Shown here one piece after another: positions 30,210 to 32,000 of a stretch of DNA of 32,000 nt. The notes under the pieces were generated by a model that saw only the letters and a list, made by a program, of their open reading frames with translations, was not told the origin of the DNA and searched no databases. The DNA lies in contig MTSL01000093.1 of NCBI GenBank assembly GCA_002794465.1, forward strand, positions 1-32,000, given 5' to 3'. Each line of letters begins with the position of its first letter. Positions within the stretch are counted from its first letter, which is position 1. The stretch comes from Paramicrosporidium saccamoebae KSL3. Its lineage: Eukaryota; Fungi; Cryptomycota. The translations under genes were made by a program, and so were the position numbers.

Positions 30210-31340
30210 CTACTTTTCTACGCGCAAGTTATAATGTTCACACATACGACAGACAAAGGAATTCTTTCCCGTCGCCTCAAAGTCGTTCTGCTTGGAAAAA
30301 CTGGGATCGTGTCCAACGGAACGCCACTCAAAATATTCCATGTAGGCCTTTTCATCTAGTGCCAATTCTTTCAAATGGGTGGCGAGCCCAGTGGGATCGG
30401 GAAAGTTGCGTGCCTCAATGACAATATGATTGCTCTGGCGGTCGGGGAGGAATTCGGCAATGTTTGGTGCGCCAAGATATACGGGAATTGCATCAGTGGA
30501 GAGTGCCTCATAAAACTTGTCTGTTACATAGTCATCCAGTACCGTGTTTTCCAACACCAGCACGTAATGATATTGGCTGGCAATTTCCTTGAAATTCACA
30601 TCAGTGGGCAGTCCCGGTGTGTGAAGACAGGCGCCGTACGAGTCAATGTCCATGTGAACGCTCAACTCTCTCAAGTAATCCAGACGGTAGCGAGCATCGC
30701 CATTGTTGTCACAATTGCTGATAAAGGCAGCGGCGAGGGCCTTTTTGGTCTTTTGAGCAAAGACGGGTAGGCCGGAGGGGATAGATAGGGAGCGGGAATA
30801 GTCAACGCGGATGTCGGAGTGACGACTGTAGGAGACGAGCATATGGAAGGGATCGACACGCTTTTCTGCATTAGGGAGCGACAGGTCCGGCTCGAGAACA
30901 AAGAGCGCCTTTTGTTGGAAGGGCTGTAAGATAGCAAAGACATCGGGCACCTCATCGCCCACCGCGAGGATCATATGGGCCTTACCAGATTCGGAACGGT
31001 CTGTGGTAACCCGACAGGGAACAGAACACTGGGAAGCCAGTTCAGTGTCTCCCGCAACCTTCTCCAATCCTTCCGTGTCCCATAGCAGTACCGAGATGGG
31101 TTCTTCTTCCGTGATAATCTTGGGGGCCTTGGGAATTGGTCTCATGTAATTCATGACAAGTCGATTGTGCAGAACCTTTTGGGCTTCGGCATTGAACTTG
31201 TAGCGGTCGCTGAGACGGGCTATCCAGGTCCATTCAGATTCCGCCGAGTCAACCAGATGGTAGACATTGGATTTCCCGGGGATCGCCATGGTCAGACTGA
31301 GGGTGGCAAATATGTAAAGAAAAGAAGTGCTGATATGCAT
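30210..31340 (-). CDS. Alpha-1,3/4-fucosyltransferase, glycosyltransferase family GT10, with N-terminal hydrophobic signal/anchor
   Basis: CSVPCRVTTDR, FVLEP, LVSYSRHSDI, AAFISNC..RLDYLREL..IDSYGAC, YHYVLVLENTVLDDYVTDKFYEAL (alpha-1,3 FucT motif), IPVYLGAPN, FPDPTGLATHLKEL..YMEYFEWR. Start chosen at MHISTSFLYIFATLSL. Confidence 0.92.
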   Translation of the reverse strand: MHISTSFLYIFATLSLTMAIPGKSNVYHLVDSAESEWTWIARLSDRYKFNAEAQKVLHNRLVMNYMRPIPKAPKIITEEEPISVLLWDTEGLEKVAGDTELASQCSVPCRVTTDRSESGKAHMILAVGDEVPDVFAILQPFQQKALFVLEPDLSLPNAEKRVDPFHMLVSYSRHSDIRVDYSRSLSIPSGLPVFAQKTKKALAAAFISNCDNNGDARYRLDYLRELSVHMDIDSYGACLHTPGLPTDVNFKEIASQYHYVLVLENTVLDDYVTDKFYEALSTDAIPVYLGAPNIAEFLPDRQSNHIVIEARNFPDPTGLATHLKELALDEKAYMEYFEWRSVGHDPSFSKQNDFEATGKNSFVCRMCEHYNLRVEK

Positions 31341-31611
31341 CGGTGTGTGGTTGTGCTGCTGGCCACTTTGGCGTATCAAATAACAGCACTTGTACTCTTT
31401 CGTTACCATGGCAGCGGACGCGAGGAGCCGTAATCCTTATCAATTTGCGATACCATATGTAAAGAGCGCATCCTATTAATGTCCTGGTGATATATTGTTA
31501 TGACTTTAAGGATAATGACCCACTCCTCCAGCAGAATAGGAGCCTGGATCCATGTGTCATCCTTGTGATCTACAGCCATCCCCGGCCTGGTCTGGCATTT
31601 GAGTGTGGGAG

Positions 31612-31901
31612 ATGAACGACTGCTGGCAGCGTTTCCAAATGGGCGCCCTCATGGGAAGCTCGGTTGGTGCGTGCATCGGTATCCTGTTTGGCACCATGTC
31701 AGTTCTAAAGTATGTTCTGGGTACAAGGTTGACTGTAGGTATGGTCACGGTGGAAATGGTTTCTTGAGGACAGTCGGAAAGGTTGTGCTGCAGTCGGGTG
31801 CCTCGTTTGGTCTGTTCATGGGCATCGGCGCAGGTATTAGATGCGACGACACTGTACAACAGAGGCGGCCAATTGGTCCTACTTTCTACCGAGTGCAATA
31901 A
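31612..31901 (+). CDS. MGR2: Romo1/Mgr2 mitochondrial inner-membrane protein; exons 31612-31709, 31739-31901
   Basis: Spliced MNDCWQRFQMGALMGSSVGACIGILFGTMSVLKYGHGGNGFLRTVGKVVLQSGASFGLFMGIGAGIRC; 29-nt intron 31710-31738. Confidence 0.93.
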
Positions 31902-31902
31902 A
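31897..31902 (+). terminator. AATAAA overlapping the Romo1/Mgr2 stop codon
   Basis: cAA-TAA-A. Confidence 0.45.
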
Positions 31903-31968
31903 AGTTGAAATTTGTATGCAATGTGTATATCAAGTATCTAAATCTCTTGCGAGTCGAGAGCTGAGGGT

Positions 31969-32000
31969 TAAGAGCTAAGAGTAAGAGTAAGAATAAGAGT
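31969..32000. repeat. (TAAGAG)n microsatellite running to the window end
   Basis: taagag c taagag taagag taagaa taagag t. Confidence 0.75.

Overview
Eukaryotic, extremely gene-dense window read with the standard code. I model 22 protein-coding genes and found no credible RNA gene, mobile element or CRISPR array. Many ORF-track breaks are explained by 28 hand-placed, very short spliceosomal introns (28-45 nt, median 32). 27 of them end in TAG, 18 in GTAG, and one may be GC-AG. Genes in order: coiled-coil protein, unknown beta-rich protein, SER1, CRAL-TRIO protein, MPN-like (Abraxas-like?) protein, NAT9, PUS7, Med25-like, Msp1/ATAD1, RUN + Rubicon-homology protein, thiolase, glycine-rich RRM protein, Ssf1/PPAN, Mo25/Hym1, P4-ATPase, SR protein, Rpp40-like, Tad2, PIG-U, Sds3, GT10 fucosyltransferase, Romo1/Mgr2. 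Gaps between genes are as small as 1-28 bp, and AATAAA often overlaps the stop codon. Several of the larger intergenic gaps carry short degenerate tandem repeats. Fungal-like housekeeping genes sit beside genes lacking in budding yeast (Med25, RUN-RH, possible Abraxas, GT10). Together with the compaction, this suggests an early-diverging fungal relative such as a Rozellomycota/Paramicrosporidium-like organism; that assignment is inference only. No single novel multi-gene system is evident. The most interesting signals are the intron and compaction rules, the retained ancestral genes and the intergenic repeat arrays. All family calls are from motif recognition by eye, not database searches.
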